A DNA stretch of 64,000 nt from the human T2T-CHM13v2.0 reference genome, Homo sapiens, in NCBI RefSeq assembly GCF_009914755.1, contig NC_060927.1. One strand, 5' to 3'. The position numbers were made by a program, and so were the translations under genes. Under the pieces are notes generated by a model, which searched no databases, had not been told where the DNA came from, and saw nothing but the letters and a program-made list of their open reading frames with translations. Shown piece after piece: positions 14,715 through 29,819 of the stretch. Positions within the stretch are counted from its first letter, which is position 1; every line of letters begins with the position of its first letter.

Positions 14715-17700
14715 ATCCAGAAAGTTCTTTGTAAAGACCTCTATACACTTTGCTAAGTGCTTTATGTATTTACAGAACTCTTGTTAACCCCACTGTAAAG
14801 CCACCTTTACTGAGAAGCAATGGGATAGCTAATTTGGAAGTACAGGCATTGATCTTGTTAGTGGTGGCACAAAAATAATCCAGGAGGTAGAAAAAAATAC
14901 CAAAACCACATAAGAAAAAAATTTATCATTAGATGCCTAGCATGTTTCTTTTATATAAAGACTGTTAATAAGTTGTACATGAGAGGATATTAAAGTAAAA
15001 TGCCGTCTCTTCTATTTTATATATAATTATAAGAAAATCCAGGCCAAATTCTCAAAATATTTAAGAAGAAGCATATAACTAATGGAATGCTTTGGGACCA
15101 ACGATGACCTTATCAATAACTTAATCATTTTATCCCAATTGGATTTAGTTCTTATATATATTCACAACACACAAATTTCCTGTGCTATTTTGGGCTTTCT
15201 TCATTGAGCTTAAAAGCCAAGGAAAAAGCTCTTTACAGAATGAGTTAGTAATAGAAATTATTTCAGTAAGCTTTTATATTCTTGGAAAGAAAAACTTACC
15301 CTAAGAAATGAGGTCTTGTAAAGAAGTCACTCCTACAATTAACATGCTTTTATTGCAGTTAAAAATATTTAGTGAGAGTTTAAGTTACACTTAAGGGTAG
15401 CATTAAACCTTTTCCCCTTAAAGATAACTTCAGTTTAATTGCTTTATACTATCAATCTTGCTTTATGTATGTTACACCTGCAGACTGCCATGCTCATAAC
15501 CACATATATTTTATCACTTGTGATAATATAATAATTCATATTTTACCATATCTACTTAGTAATTAAGATCTGCAGAAACAGAAAAGAGTATCTGAGGTAC
15601 TAAATTTAATAATAAACACCCAAAGACAGGACAAGTCTCTATGTTTGCATTTATACCACTATTCTCGATTTTAAATTTCTGTGTAATTAAGCTGCTATTC
15701 CCAGGGGAACAGTAACTACTGTTGGTGTTATTGCTTGGTGACTGACCCACGGAAACACCAAGAGAAATTCATTTTTGCCAATGAGTTTATGAAAAGGACC
15801 AATTTGACTGAGCTTTAAATAAACATAGCCTTAATCCAACTTGGCTGTAGTGGGTTATATACAGAGAAACAAAATTAAATCCTAGGTCTTCATTTCCGTA
15901 TTCTTTTCCATTAATGGCTCTTTAGTGAGATATGGGCATAGTAACCTTACAAGAACAAGTAACGTAGAAACGTTACATTCAATTTAACACACATTATAAG
16001 GGCATCTTGAGTAACCTGTGATCACGAAATGATACCACTAGGTGAGCATGCTTACACAAAAAAGCAATGTTAGATTTTTGCTCAATGATATCAATTTTGT
16101 GTTTTGCTTTCTGTTCACTTGTATTTTTAAAAGCTAACAATTTTTAAATAATCTATGCCTGTTATGGGATAAACACAGAATCCAAGTTGTGTATTAGTAT
16201 TCAAGAAAAAGCAAGGTAAAAATGTTTATCTCTGTGCTTGGGTACTTCTTTGACTGATTTTAGGCTCTTATATTGGGTTTCTTTGTATTCAGTTCTTTTG
16301 AAATTAATACACCCTGAGTTTTCCTTTATATCAACTCTGTGTAGACAGTCTTAAAATTGCAAGTAAACACTGAATTCATTATACTTAGGGTCACAAGCCA
16401 TTCTCATATTTAATTTGAACTTCTTTAGAAAACAGTCACAAAAAATGGGAGGCCAAAATAAATAATTTTATTCCAGTTTTACACTTACTAGTCTTCTAAG
16501 GGCTCTGCAGAATACATTACTGAAGGATGCTTACCTGTTTGGTAAATTTTTTATCTAATCAACTATTTCAATTAGGTCTTTAAAAACTATTTGGTATCTG
16601 AATGCCTTGAAGATATATTTGAATCCTTTAAGCCATCAAACTCTTTTTCAAAAAGAGAAAAAACAGAAACTTTGAATTACTGTGTCTAAAGAATTCCAAT
16701 TTGCTTTCTAAGTGTTCTTTGTAATCCATGGATTGAACCCAGCTTGAATTTGCCTTTTTGGGAACACATGTTAACCTAATTTAACCCCCAAAGGATATGT
16801 ACATGAACTGTTAAAAGTCTATTTTTGACTTTGGGAAAATTCTCTCTTCCTTTCAGAGGGCAGTACACAGCCCTTTATTAAGGAAGGTTTCTTATTCCAA
16901 AAATAAGTTCCTAATAATTACCACCCATTCCTACTGTAATTTATTCTCCTTGGCAAGTGTTTGAAGCTGTTTTGTCAGAACAACTGTAACATGCCTTTGC
17001 AAAAATAGTCTGAATGGAAAGTAGATCCTTGTATATCTATGTTTTTCCAGGGATTTAAGATGATCATGAACATGTTGGGTACAGAAGATGACCATAATAT
17101 GACATGCTTTTGATGCTTGAACATTTTCTCTCTCCTTCTCTCTCTCATACACACATACCTCTTTCAGATGTATGCCTGCTATTTGGCTTACAAGTATGGT
17201 ACTTCAAGGACTGAGTAACTTTAGCATATATAATTTACCAGGAAATTCCAATAAAGCTAATGCATGATGGTAATAGTCTAATACAGCTATAGTTGTATGA
17301 ACACGATGCACTCTCTGTGAGAATCCTCTTGTCCATTCCAACTAGGGAGCAGTTGGAATCTTAGCCCTGACAGGAGGGGACTATGGGGATGAAAGCTGCT
17401 GAGAAGTAACCTCTCTACCCTATCACTTACTTGGGTTCCATCAAAAGTAAGCTACTGGGTATCTCCTTGAGAAAATTACTTAGAAGCCACTGCTGTGTAT
17501 GAATTAAATATACAAAGAGTTAACGTGCAGTTGTTGGACACGTTGGGAAAACGAATTTTAGGCTCCATGAAAACTGTTTTTTATTCATACCAGAGACAGT
17601 TTTTACTTCTAGAAAGTCTGTAAATAGGCTTTGCTCTACCATTTTACCTTCAGGAAAGGAAATTATGATCAAATAAATTTTCTAAAATTGCATATAGAGA

Positions 17701-18759
17701 TTTGCTAAAAATAATTACTCCTATCCTCCGTAATCTGAAACTCATTTAAAAAAATAAAACATGTCTGACTTTATTTTTTGAAACCATCATAGACATTTCA
17801 AATACCAATGGGATCTTAACTACAGTGAATAGCACTTTTCGACTTCCTCTGCATAAATCTCCTAATACATTTATACACACTGTTGGAAGAACTGACATGA
17901 GGTGTAACACTAAGCTGAGAAATATCAGGATCTATTCAGGGATGAAAGTAAGACCACAGTCATTATGCTTCCATAAGCAGTCAATCTCACCAACAACAAT
18001 TACGTTGGAAATAGAATTCCTGTTATTCAAAGGGACATGGCCAAAATCCACAGATGGGTACCTATTAAGAGAGTCAGAAAAATTCCATTCCTAAACAGCA
18101 GCAGGGTATCTTATTGCCTTTGACCTCTTATCTCTAACCCACAGCTTTAAGTACCCTCCGGGGTTATCACTGGCCCTCTCTTCTTTCTCTTCTTTCCTGT
18201 TCCAGAAAGTGCCCTGACCCTGTCTTGCAGCTCAGGGTTTAGGACACTGCTTTGCCCAGGCCTGATATTTGAAGGTTTCACACCTATTAGTGTTACTGCT
18301 CCCACTTACATTTTCCAGAGAAACGCACTGATAAACAAATCTCAGCTAAATAGTTAAGTTACGGATGTTGTTTTGGTTTCTCTCTCTTCTCCAGCAGGAT
18401 CCTAGGGGTTATTTGGTATGAGGCATAGAGTAGGGGGTTAAAAATGTTTATTTAATTAATATCAATCTTTTTCCTCAAGTTAGCTCTTCTTGACCACAGA
18501 TGATCTTGATCTTGGGCCTACAGGCTGGACCTTTCACAGGATGCCTAGCTGCTTATCAGTCTTCTCCCTGGGCTTCCCCTATCTCTCTGTGGAGATCCCT
18601 GAACATACATTCTAAGCAGTAAGTGATCAGATTTATGCAGGAATTTATAAAAGCCTCCTAACCTCTCAGGAACCTTCCCCTTTCATTTCCTGAACTCTAG
18701 TTCCCTGCATGCCCATACCTCCAATGTTCCTCAGCTTGAGTGTATGGTCTCCTAGGACC

Positions 18760-18913
18760 CTGCTATTCAAAGTGTAATCCTAGGACCAGTACCACCACCT
18801 GGCAGCTTGTTAGATATGCATCTTTCAGCCCCCCAGTATAGTGCTCCTGGGTCAGAGCTTCACTTCAACAAAACCTCCAGGTGATCTGCATGTACAAGTT
18901 TGAGAGGCACTGG
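18760..18913. mobile_element. MER5-family hAT-Charlie MITE
   Basis: 'tcaaagtgtaatcc..cacctggcagcttgttagatatgca..caggtgatctgcatgtacaagtttgagaggcactg'. Confidence 0.7.
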
Positions 18914-19052
18914 ACAAGGTGACAGATTCCTGTTTCCTGTCGATATTTTGGCTTCAGGCTGTCAGAGCTCCTAAAATCTACCATGCATTCATGTAAAATG
19001 TTACTCCATGAGGAGAGAAAAAGCAAAAGTTATTGGATGGCTCTTCTAATTA

Positions 19053-19292
19053 CAGTAGTGGCCTGAAACTTTTGCATGCAGCAGAGGTATCTGGAGGGAT
19101 GGTAAAAACACAGATTGCTAGAACCCATCCCCAAAGTTTTCTGATACAGAAGATTTAATGAGAGCCTGATCATTTTTTAAGGTGGGGTCAATACAGGCAT
19201 CTGCCACTGTGCCCAGAGATAATGTGTATTTTGAACTAGTTCCCAGGAGATACTGATGCTGCTCGTGTGGGAACCAAACTATAAGACCCATA
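19053..19292. mobile_element. MER5A-like MITE
   Basis: 'cagtagtggcctgaaactt..acacagattgcta..ttcccaggagatactgatgctgct'. Confidence 0.6.
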
Positions 19293-19898
19293 CATAGGAA
19301 GTTCTGGTTTCTCTCCGCATCTTCTCAGCCTACTCTTGAGTGTGTATCTTCAAACTGGCTCACTCTACATGTCTAACCATTCAGCCAATGGCCATCAGGC
19401 ACACATTTAATGACTGGGACACAAAGTATCCATAGCCAAATTTCTCTTAGAATTCTATCTGTATTAATTTATATATATTTTATTTTCAAGGAAAACACTA
19501 TTATAAAAACATGACCCAATAAAAAGTAGGGATACAAATGTGAGGGTGACAGAAGTGAGATAATACCAAAACTGCCAGGCCCAAAAGGGCATTTGCCCAC
19601 TCCCCATGTAGAAGCCCCATGATACTGGGAGCGCAGCTGAATGGTCATCTATTTTGTGTTCCTCTATTCTGTGTTACCAGTGAACCATTCTACGTCTAAG
19701 GTTTAACACTATCAACTATGTGGGTCTAAATATCCCTAAAATAAAACATGCATTTAAAATGCTATTCCTGGAGAAATAAAGGGCTAAACTCCAAGAAACA
19801 TTTCTCCAGTGATATTACTATCAGCTCTGTGATGTAGTGGTGGAAGAGAGATTTCAGGTTAAGGGAGTTCACCTGGAAACTCTCAAATCTCAATGCAA

Positions 19899-20355
19899 AG
19901 TGGAAATAAATGAAGACCCCCCAAATGAGAATAAGCAAAGGTTATTCATTCAGAGTTTGTAATAGCAAGAGAGTTCAGCTACCATTACCTGTGTTTGGAA
20001 GATAATCCAAAGTAGCCAGGGGAAAGATAAAGCTTTACGGTGTGGGGGACGGGCGGGGGGAGGCTTCAGGTATGCCCCACTGAAGGCTGTAGGCATGGCA
20101 GAGGGCTAACTAGACGTGGGGTACCATATATGATTGATTTGGGGAACATATTTGGCTTTCTCTAGGTTGGTCCTGTGGTGGAAGCAGAAAGTAGGGCAAA
20201 AATAGGGAAGTTAGCAGCGACTGACCAAGGCCTAACTGTTCTGGACTGATTTTGCTGGAAAGGTTGTAGTTTGGCTTCTGGGGCATCTTATCTGGGTCAG
20301 AGTTCTGTTGTCACATATAGTGTTGCCATTGCCCATTTGCATGTTCAGTCTTTCA
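19899..20355 (-). mobile_element. ERV1-class solo LTR (MER89/MER90/MER110 group)
   Basis: Minus strand begins TGAAAGACTGAACATGCAAATGGGCAATGGC and ends '...TCTTCATTTATTTCCAC'; internal 'ggaccaacctagagaaagccaaatatg'. Confidence 0.7.
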
Positions 20356-20569
20356 ACATACACCCTTGGCTTCTCAGCCTATGCCTGTCCCCAGCTTGGA
20401 ATGAACTATAGTTAGAGAAATTTACAAAATTACTTTCCCTGATCGTTCTGAAGTCCACATGGAGACAAGTTTGTGAGGCAGTGGCCATGGGAGTTTTGTT
20501 TCTCACTTTCAAACATTTCATGAGAAGTATAAAACAGTGAAACTGAGATTCCATTCATCAGTAGAGAGA

Positions 20570-20715
20570 AGTTGCAGACCCCTTTGAGAATGTAATCAAG
20601 CGTATGAGCCCTCTCTTCTGAAAAATACACACACCCATCCCCATATCATATCTACTCAAGTGAAAGCCATTTTAGGAGTTAGGCTAATTCAGGGACCTTA
20701 GGTTAAGAACTGCTC
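20570..20715. mobile_element. hAT-Charlie-like DNA transposon remnant (similar remnant at about 6765-6900)
   Basis: 'gacccctttgagaat..ctct..gaaaaatacacaca..caggga..ggttaagaac' pattern. Confidence 0.4.
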
Positions 20716-21169
20716 TATATTTATGTTTATGTTATTGCGGATGCTTGTATTATCATGGAAAGTTATATTCTACTAAAAGGAATTCGCAGCTTCCTTGTGC
20801 CCATTTCAAAGTATCGTTCTTGCATTTTAAAAGAACAGCATATTTCCCTTCTTGAAGGCTCACTGTGTTAAGGCACTGCTAGTGAGGAGCTATTCTGTGT
20901 GGCTCAGCTGGTCAAACAGTCTGTAAATCGGCACTATCTTGGGAAAATGTCCATGACTTGGCAATACTCATCTTCACTGACCTGAGGGTGGAAAGGTTGA
21001 GGTTGGGGGAGATGAACTTTCTTCACTGACTTCTTTTCCTGGCTCATGCCAGCCCTGATTTGATCATAAGACTGGTATGAAAAACTGAGAATCTTCATTT
21101 AACAAGTATTTCCTAAACTTCAACAGTGTGGCAGGTACTGTGCTAGGCCATAGACTGAATGCCATGCTG

Positions 21170-21510
21170 ACAACTCTTAATCATTAATGGAAAAAATTAC
21201 TCAAAATAAAATTTTAACTCAATAATAATCCCATCAATCTGGTTTACCACAGTTACTCTGCATTTTTCTGTGCCCCCTCCACGCTAAATCCCCCAAGCAA
21301 CTAGGATGTACTCAGGGGATGCAAACTAATGGCAACATTAGCAACATATAATTAGAATAGCAACATATAATTAGAAAGGCAAAAACAATTTAAAACATTA
21401 CTAAATACATTTCAAAGCCAAGTATTAACGGTTTTTGGATTATCCACCATCTGGGATTATGTATGTCTCAGTTACTATCCATTAACACAGATAATCAAGA
21501 GCTGAATGTA
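21170..21510. mobile_element. Possible old Tigger-like MITE
   Basis: Degenerate inverted termini 'caactcttaatcattaatgga' and 'tccattaacacagataatcaagagctg'. Confidence 0.3.
21339..21376. repeat. Perfect 19-bp tandem duplication
   Basis: tagcaacatataattagaa x2. Confidence 0.9.
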
Positions 21511-21978
21511 TCTGCATGGGGCCCAGGTAACTCACAAGAAGGCAGGGAGAGACAGGGAGGGAAACAGGAAACTATGAAGGAGCCATGAAGGGAAAGGGCA
21601 GTCAACTCCACCACATTCATTACTTTGAGAATATGGGTTTGGTTGGAAATCTAGAAGTCCAGCTCAAAATGACATAAATTACCTTTTCTACTAGTGAAAG
21701 CTAAATGGAAACAAAAGAGTTAAGGAGGGGATTGGCTCCTCCATTTTATCCCTGTCTGACAGCTAAATTTAATGCCCATACAACTTTACAATCAATTATA
21801 TCTATGTGTATATAATATTTTTTTAAGGACAAATATATAATAACCAAGGAAAATGTATTTTTTAATGCACAGAAGATCACAACTCAATGTTTTAAAATAA
21901 TCACACGCAATTTCTGATAATGGCAAATACCATGCATTTATATCAATTTTTTGATTTTTAAAAGTACTACCACATTTG

Positions 21979-22598
21979 GACTGTAAACTAGTTCAACCAT
22001 TGTGGAAGTCGGTGTGGCGATTCCTCAGGGATCTAGAACTAGAAATTCCATTTGACCCAGCCATCCCATTACTGGGTATATACCCAAAGGATTATAAATC
22101 ATGCTGCTATAAAGACACATGCACACGTATGTTTATTGCGGCACTATTCACAATAGCAAAGACTTGGAACCAACCCAAATGTCCAACAATGATAGACTGG
22201 ATTAAGAAAATGTGGCACACATACACCATGGAATACTATGCAGCCATAAAAAATGATGAGTTCATGTCCTTCGTAGGGACAGGGATGAAACTGGAAATCA
22301 TCATTCTCAGTAAACTATCGCAAGGACAAAAAACCAAACACCCCATATTCTCACTCATAGATGGGAACTGAACAATGAGAACACATGTACACAGGAAGGG
22401 GAACATCACACTCTGGGGACTGTTGTGGGGTGGGGGGAGGGGGGAGGGATAGCTTTAGGAGATATACCTAATACTAAATGACGAGTTAATGGGTGCAGCA
22501 CACCAACATGGCACATGTATACATATGTAACAAACCTGCACATTGTGCACATGTACCCTAAAACTTAAAGTATAATAACAATAAAATTTAAAAAAAAA
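21979..22598 (+). mobile_element. 5'-truncated L1PA3/L1PA4 (end of ORF2, 3'UTR, A tail)
   Basis: ORF 21976-22371 is the L1 ORF2 C-terminus. 3'UTR 'ctaaatgacgagttaatgggtgcagcacaccaacatgg'. TSD aaaagtactaccacatttg at 21960-21978 and 22595-22613; endonuclease site TTTTT/AAAA. Confidence 0.97.
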
Positions 22599-23824
22599 GT
22601 ACTACCACATTTGATCTTGAAACAAGCCTGAACTCTTTAAAAGCAAATGGTCTGTGGAATACATGCATTAGAACCACTTGGGGGAAAAATTCTTGCATGT
22701 TTCAGAGATACAAAGGTGATTTCTTTGCTCAGCCCCCAGTCTGTAATCATTGACCCAAAGAAGCTGGGCAGGAACAGGCATTTTACTGATATATCAACAA
22801 AGGAACATGGCGCAACCTGAGGTCACATTTCATCCAAAGACAGATTATACAATATTATAACAACTAGCCCAGTGTTTTTTCTATTCTTTTATATTTTCTC
22901 TAATTTCCAAAGGATAGTTAATTCAGTTATGTATTTTTAAAATCGCCTCTCCACATTAACATGGAGAATCACAGGATTCGGAATGCATAGTATCTACTAT
23001 TGCTATGTCATCTGTGTGGTAGCTGGGTTTTTCTGGGTAGAAGAAATGGTGCTTTCTGAAAGACTTATTTTGATGAATCGCAATCTGCTAGTTCATGAGT
23101 ACCCCAGTTAAAATACAATGGTAATTACAGCTATAGGACCCTACAAGATTTACAGGGCTTCTTTTCAGGGAAACTCATTAAGGAAACTATAAAGAACTAA
23201 GAACTTACAAAGAAAAATTAATTGCCACTTTTGGTCAGCCAATTTTAGAAAGACTTATGAGGTCTAGAATTGTATTTCGGGCTAATGGAGAGAACAGAAA
23301 CTCAGTGAAGTTTAGTTGACTGAGGGCATCATGGTTTATAATATGTTCATAAATTAATCTGCTCGTAAACCAACTCAAATATGAAGCAGCAGAACCATCA
23401 CATAAAACACTTTAAATTTATTTTTGTCAACATACTCATTTCCTTTCCACATCAGCTACCAGTTACTGTGGCTGAGTTCTAGTGCTGAGATGCTCCAAAT
23501 CCGTGATCTCTTCTGAAGCACTGCTCTCTGACCATAGCCTCGTATCTCACTATCTTTCTCACTTTCTTAATTCTTTTACTGTCTGTGAATTAAAATGGAA
23601 ACTATGTGGAGTTATTGTTTTGCTAATTTATAGGTTTTTTTTTTTTTTTGCAAATGGCGAAAAAGATCTTAAAAGTTTAACAAGACGTACAATAAGAAGC
23701 AATTTTCCTTCCCAACCCAAATCCCTTCCCCAACAGCAAACCTACCTTCCCAAGGGTAGCCAATGTTCTTATACAACATACAGACATTTTTATGCAGGTA
23801 TTTACCTGGTAAAAGCATAAACAG

Positions 23825-24129
<305 letters not shown>

Positions 24130-24450
24130 CTAAAATGAAGATCGTTCCAAATAAACATATATACAAATAAATAACTTGCTCTTTATTATGGTTGTGTAGT
24201 ATTCCATAAGTGGATGTATAGTAACTTAAATAGTCCTTTTATTTTGGGGACATTTAGGTTCCTTTGTTATTATATGTGATGCTGCATTGATTATCTTTGT
24301 ACAGGTCTTTGTTCGTGTAAATATATCTTGGAAGCAAATTGCTTACTTCATGTTACCTCAGCACTTTAGTTTAATTTAGGATCTTTGATTACAAAGAATG
24401 GCACTGAGTTATTTCACACACAAAAAGGGGAATTTGGGAAAACTGTAAAG

Positions 24451-24640
24451 CAGTGGTTTTCAAAGTGTGGTCTCTAAACCAGCAGCATCAGCATCACATG
24501 AAAATTTGTTCAAACTGCAAATTCTTGAACCCCACTCACTCATACCTACTAAATCAGAAGCTCTAGGCAAAGTTCAGCAATCTGTATTTTAAAAAGCCCT
24601 TTGGGTGATTCTGATGCAAGCTCAAGTTTGAGAACCACTA
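24451..24640. mobile_element. MER5A
   Basis: 'cagtggttttcaaagtgtggtc..cagcagcatcagcatcac..ggtgattctgatgcaagctcaagtttgagaaccact'. Confidence 0.85.
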
Positions 24641-25273
24641 CTTTAAGAGTGTATAAGAGGATATAGTGTTGGGATGCTGCCAAGAACCAAGGAAGTTTTA
24701 GTGATTCCTAACTTTTCTCTCTTTGGCTACAGGGAGGACTCCTTTCCCAGAAAGAAATTTTATTGTAATGTCATATTTACCAAAACTTTTCTTCATAGTT
24801 TATGGGCTTGTGAACTCCCCACCTAATAACATAACACTCATCATTTTATTCCAGTTTTATTTATATTATTGATTCATCTGGTATTCATTTTGGTGCAAAA
24901 CAGAGATATACATTCATGATTTACCAAAAAGCTAGTTAGTTCTCAAAACTGTATTACTGAATAATCCATTGTTCCCCTAATGAATTGAAATTCTATCTTT
25001 ACCATAGTATTACATTTCTATATGTATTGAGGGTCTGTTTCAGAATCTCTATTTTCTTTTACCTGTGAATCTGTCTAATTATGCAACAAATCCAAACTGT
25101 TATTATGATGGTATCTTTATAATACATTTACCAGTGGGTTCATTCCAGAACATAAATTAATCTGCTCACAAACCAACTAAGATAGGAAGCACTCCTGGCT
25201 ATACTTAAATGTATATGTTTGAAAAATTATTTTTGAAATTTATTTTAATTTATGCTTTCATAGTTTTCTATAA

Positions 25274-25544
25274 TTTATTTTTAGAGACAAGGTCTCACTC
25301 TGTTGTCCAGGCTGGAGTGCAGTGGCCCAATCATAGCTCACTACAGCCTTGAACTCCTAGGCTCAAGCAATCCTCTGGCCTCAGGCTCCTGAGTAGCTGG
25401 GAGTACAGGCATGTGTCACCATGCTCAGTTACTTTAAAAAAACATTTTTTGTAGAGACACTATGTTGCCCAGGTTGGTCTCAAACTCCTGGCCTCAAGCC
25501 TCCCAAAGTGCTGAGATTACAGGTGTATGCCACTAGGCTCAGTC
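25274..25544 (-). mobile_element. AluJ with internal deletions
   Basis: J diagnostics; short deletions at 'gagacac|tatgttgcc' and 'cctcaag|cctcccaaag'. Confidence 0.9.
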
Positions 25545-28500
25545 CTGTGTATTATTTTAAACTATGTAAATGAACTACGTAAAATTTTTACTATTTATTT
25601 TCTCCAAAAGGAAACACTTATCAATGCATTTTTTCTGTCATTTATGTTTTGCTATTAAAGCACAACTGCTTTTAGTTTTAACTGCTTCCTTTATTTATTT
25701 TGCTGTTATTTTTATTACTTGAGATGAATATTTAATTCACACATTTTTATTTCTTTTTGTTTAGTAGCTTAAGAGTATAAAGCTGAGAATTTCTAAGAGC
25801 ACTGTTTTAGTCAAAACCAATAGGTTCTAATCAATATACTTTACCGTTATTTTCTAGGAATTTTGTAATTTCAGTTTTGATTTCCTTTTAGTACAAGAGT
25901 AAAGAGAGTTTTATGATTTTCTGTGCTAGTTCTTTCTTGAGGGTTGTTTTCTACTTTTGTGATTAATTTCAAGTTTTGTAAAAAATGTGAACTATACTAT
26001 TTCTACTGTGTTAAAATTTACTGAATATTTTTGTATAGCTACTTTAAACATTCTATGGATACAGTAATTTCACTCTGTTTACAGTACAGAGAGTTGGATA
26101 TATACCAATTATATCTAACTGATTAAAGGTGAATAACTAGTTTCTCTGTACTCTTACTTTACAGTGAGTCTGCCTGATTTACCATGAATTACGAGAGGTA
26201 CAAGTAGCTTACTACTATTGCATTCCTATGTATTTCTCCTTATATTTCTCATAGCTGTTATGTTATACAAATTCTGCTGTGATTTGGGGGAGGGGGAGGT
26301 ACAATGATTAAAGAAAGATCTTCATTGTGAATTGTAAACTTCTTAACTATGAATTGTTCTAATTTATCTCATTCAATGTGATTTGCTTTAAAATTCACTT
26401 TGTCTGATATGAACATCATTACACATACCTTCATTTCTGTTTGCTTTTCCTGCTATGCCTCTGCAAATTGTTTTGTTTTCAATGTTTCTGTTTCTGTTTC
26501 CTTTGCATTAGGAGTGATTTTCTTGTAATAGAATAGGGTTGACTTTATTTTATTTTTAAAAATAGACCTGACTTCCCCTTCAGACCATGATGGAATAACT
26601 GGGTATATCTCTACTGCTCTCATACGATAAACAGCTACAAAACTGGACAAAATAAAGATAAGCAGCGCAGCACTGTGATTTCTGACATAAGGGGGAAAAA
26701 CCCCAGATGAATCCTGTGATCACTGGCTTTTTACCTGGATGTGCTTTTGAAACCACAGAGCAGGAAGGAGAAACCCAAAGCAGAATGCATTGCTCTTACT
26801 AAGTTTAAAAGACGCAGACTCAAGGCCGAGGAAAGTGTGCACGACATTGTTACCTTTAAAGGAGGAAGCTATGCAGAGAATAATCTCCAGAAATCTGCAC
26901 AAGGGGTGTCCTTAAGTGTTTGCTAAATAGTAAGTTGTGCATATGAAGGGTAAACTTCTAGAAGGCCAAGCAAAGAAGAAATAACAGAAAACGAACTACT
27001 ACACAGCAGTGGAAAAAATCTTCAAGGTTTTATAATGTTGGGAAATATTCATGTTCTGAACAGTCAAACTGAAGAGAGGTTAGTATACCCATGAAAAATT
27101 CAGTAGAAACCCGACAGGCGCCATCGTGCCTTAGCAGCAGGGTTAAATTGGCCCTTGGGTAGAACATACATTAGAACTGCACTTTTAAAAAGTTTAAAAA
27201 CAAGTATCAAAAATATCAAATAAAAAATCTCAAAGTAGTTTAACAGTCTGCCAAAAGTAAACTCAACATTTCTTTAAAGAAAGACTACAGATTCAGAGAA
27301 GTTGAATCATATAACATTCAAAATTTACAGCACTGAATTTTAAAAATCACAAATTATGTGAAGAAACGGGAAAAACAGACCAACCCACAACTGAAAAGGA
27401 AGGAAATAACGCCAGTTTATCACAAACTCTTTTTGAAGATATGAGATGCAGACTCATATCGTGAGGCCAGCATTACTGGCATTCCAAAACCTCACAAAGA
27501 CACTATGAGAAAACTGTAGACACATATTCACCATGAATATAAGCACAAATATTCTTCACAAAATATTAGCGAATAAATTCAAACCATATATAATAGGCAT
27601 AGAGACTGGAAAGGAAGAAATAAAACTGTAAGTGCAGATGACATAATTGTCTACAAAATCCCAAACAACTGTACAAAAACAAAACACTATTTAAACTAGT
27701 GAGTGAGTTTAGAAAAGATACAGGATGTAAGGTCATTATATACTAGAAACAAATAACTAGAAATTGAAAAGAAAAGTAACAGCATCTTTATAATAAACCC
27801 CATAAAATATTTAGGGATGAATATAAAAAATAAATGTAATAGCTGTGTGCTGAAAACTATAAAAAAAAAGATAATCACAAAGCCCTAAATAGAAAGTTAC
27901 ACCATGTTTATTGACTAGAATAATCAATATTGTTAAGATTTCTATTTTCCTAAAACTGATTTTATAGATTCAATGCAATCTTAATTAAAATCCCTTGATT
28001 TCTGGAAAAATGAACAGGCTGACCCTAAAATGTGAATTGAAGAGCAAAGGACTAAAAATACTCGAAACAATTTTAAAAAGAAAAACAAAGTTGGAGGACT
28101 CATATTATGTGATATACAGAATTACTATAAAAGTCTTTACTTTAATTCAAGACAACATAGTATTGGTATTATAAAAGATGCCTAGATTGACAGAACAAAG
28201 TTTGGAGGTAGACAAACATTTATGGTCAATTGATTCTTGCTAAACATGTCAAGGAAATTCAATGGCAAATGGATGGTCTTTTTCACAAATGATGTTGGAA
28301 TAACTGCACATCCACTACAAAACAATGAACCTCGTACTTATATTTTACATGACATACAAAAATTAACTCAAAATGGATAACAGGCCTAAGGGCAACGATT
28401 GTACAACGCCTTGAAAATAGGTAGAAGAAAATCTTGTGACACTGATAGGTAAAGATTTCTTAGGACATAGAAAACTCTAATAATAAAAACTAATAAATTG

Positions 28501-28558
28501 AATTTTATTAAAAATTAAAAACTTATCTTTGAAAGGTACCATTAAGAAAATGAAAATA

Positions 28559-28889
<331 letters not shown>

Positions 28890-29457
28890 TTACAAAATAC
28901 ATACATGCAAAAAGACATTTCTTGAATATACAAAGATCTCTAATAACTTGATCATAATAATGCCCCCATTTTAAAAAATGGACAAGATATAAGAACAGAC
29001 ACCTCATCAAAGAAGTGGTATGAAAAGCAAATAAACATACAAAAAGATGTTCAATGTGATTATCAGGAAAATGCAAAAAACGGCAATGAGATATTACTGC
29101 AGATCCATTAGAATGGCTTTTTAAGAAATGACAAAACCAAATCCTAGTGGTGACCAAGGATACAAAGTAATTGAAACTCTCATAAATTGCTGATGGTAAT
29201 ACAAAATAGCATAGCCATTTTGGAGAGCAGTTTGAAAATAATTTTGCTGTTTCTTATAAAGTTGAACATATATTTTATCAAACAACCCAGTGATCTGTCT
29301 CCTTGCTATTTATCCAAGACAAATATGTTTACACAAACACCTGCATATGTAGATTTGTAATGGTTTTATTCATAATTGCTCAAAACTGAAAAAACCCACA
29401 GGTCCTCCAACTGGTAAAAGAATAAACAAATTGTGGTATATCCAGAAACTGGAATAG

Positions 29458-29819
<362 letters not shown>

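Noticed and set aside
15295-16545. Strong minus-strand donor-like motifs (AGG|GTAAGT about 15300, CAG|GTAAGC about 16536)
   Set aside because: No convincing paired acceptor or TBC1D5-like coding frame; such motifs are common in long introns.
22425-22450. G-quadruplex-type G tracts (also about 50115-50138)
   Set aside because: A standard feature of the L1PA 3'UTR.
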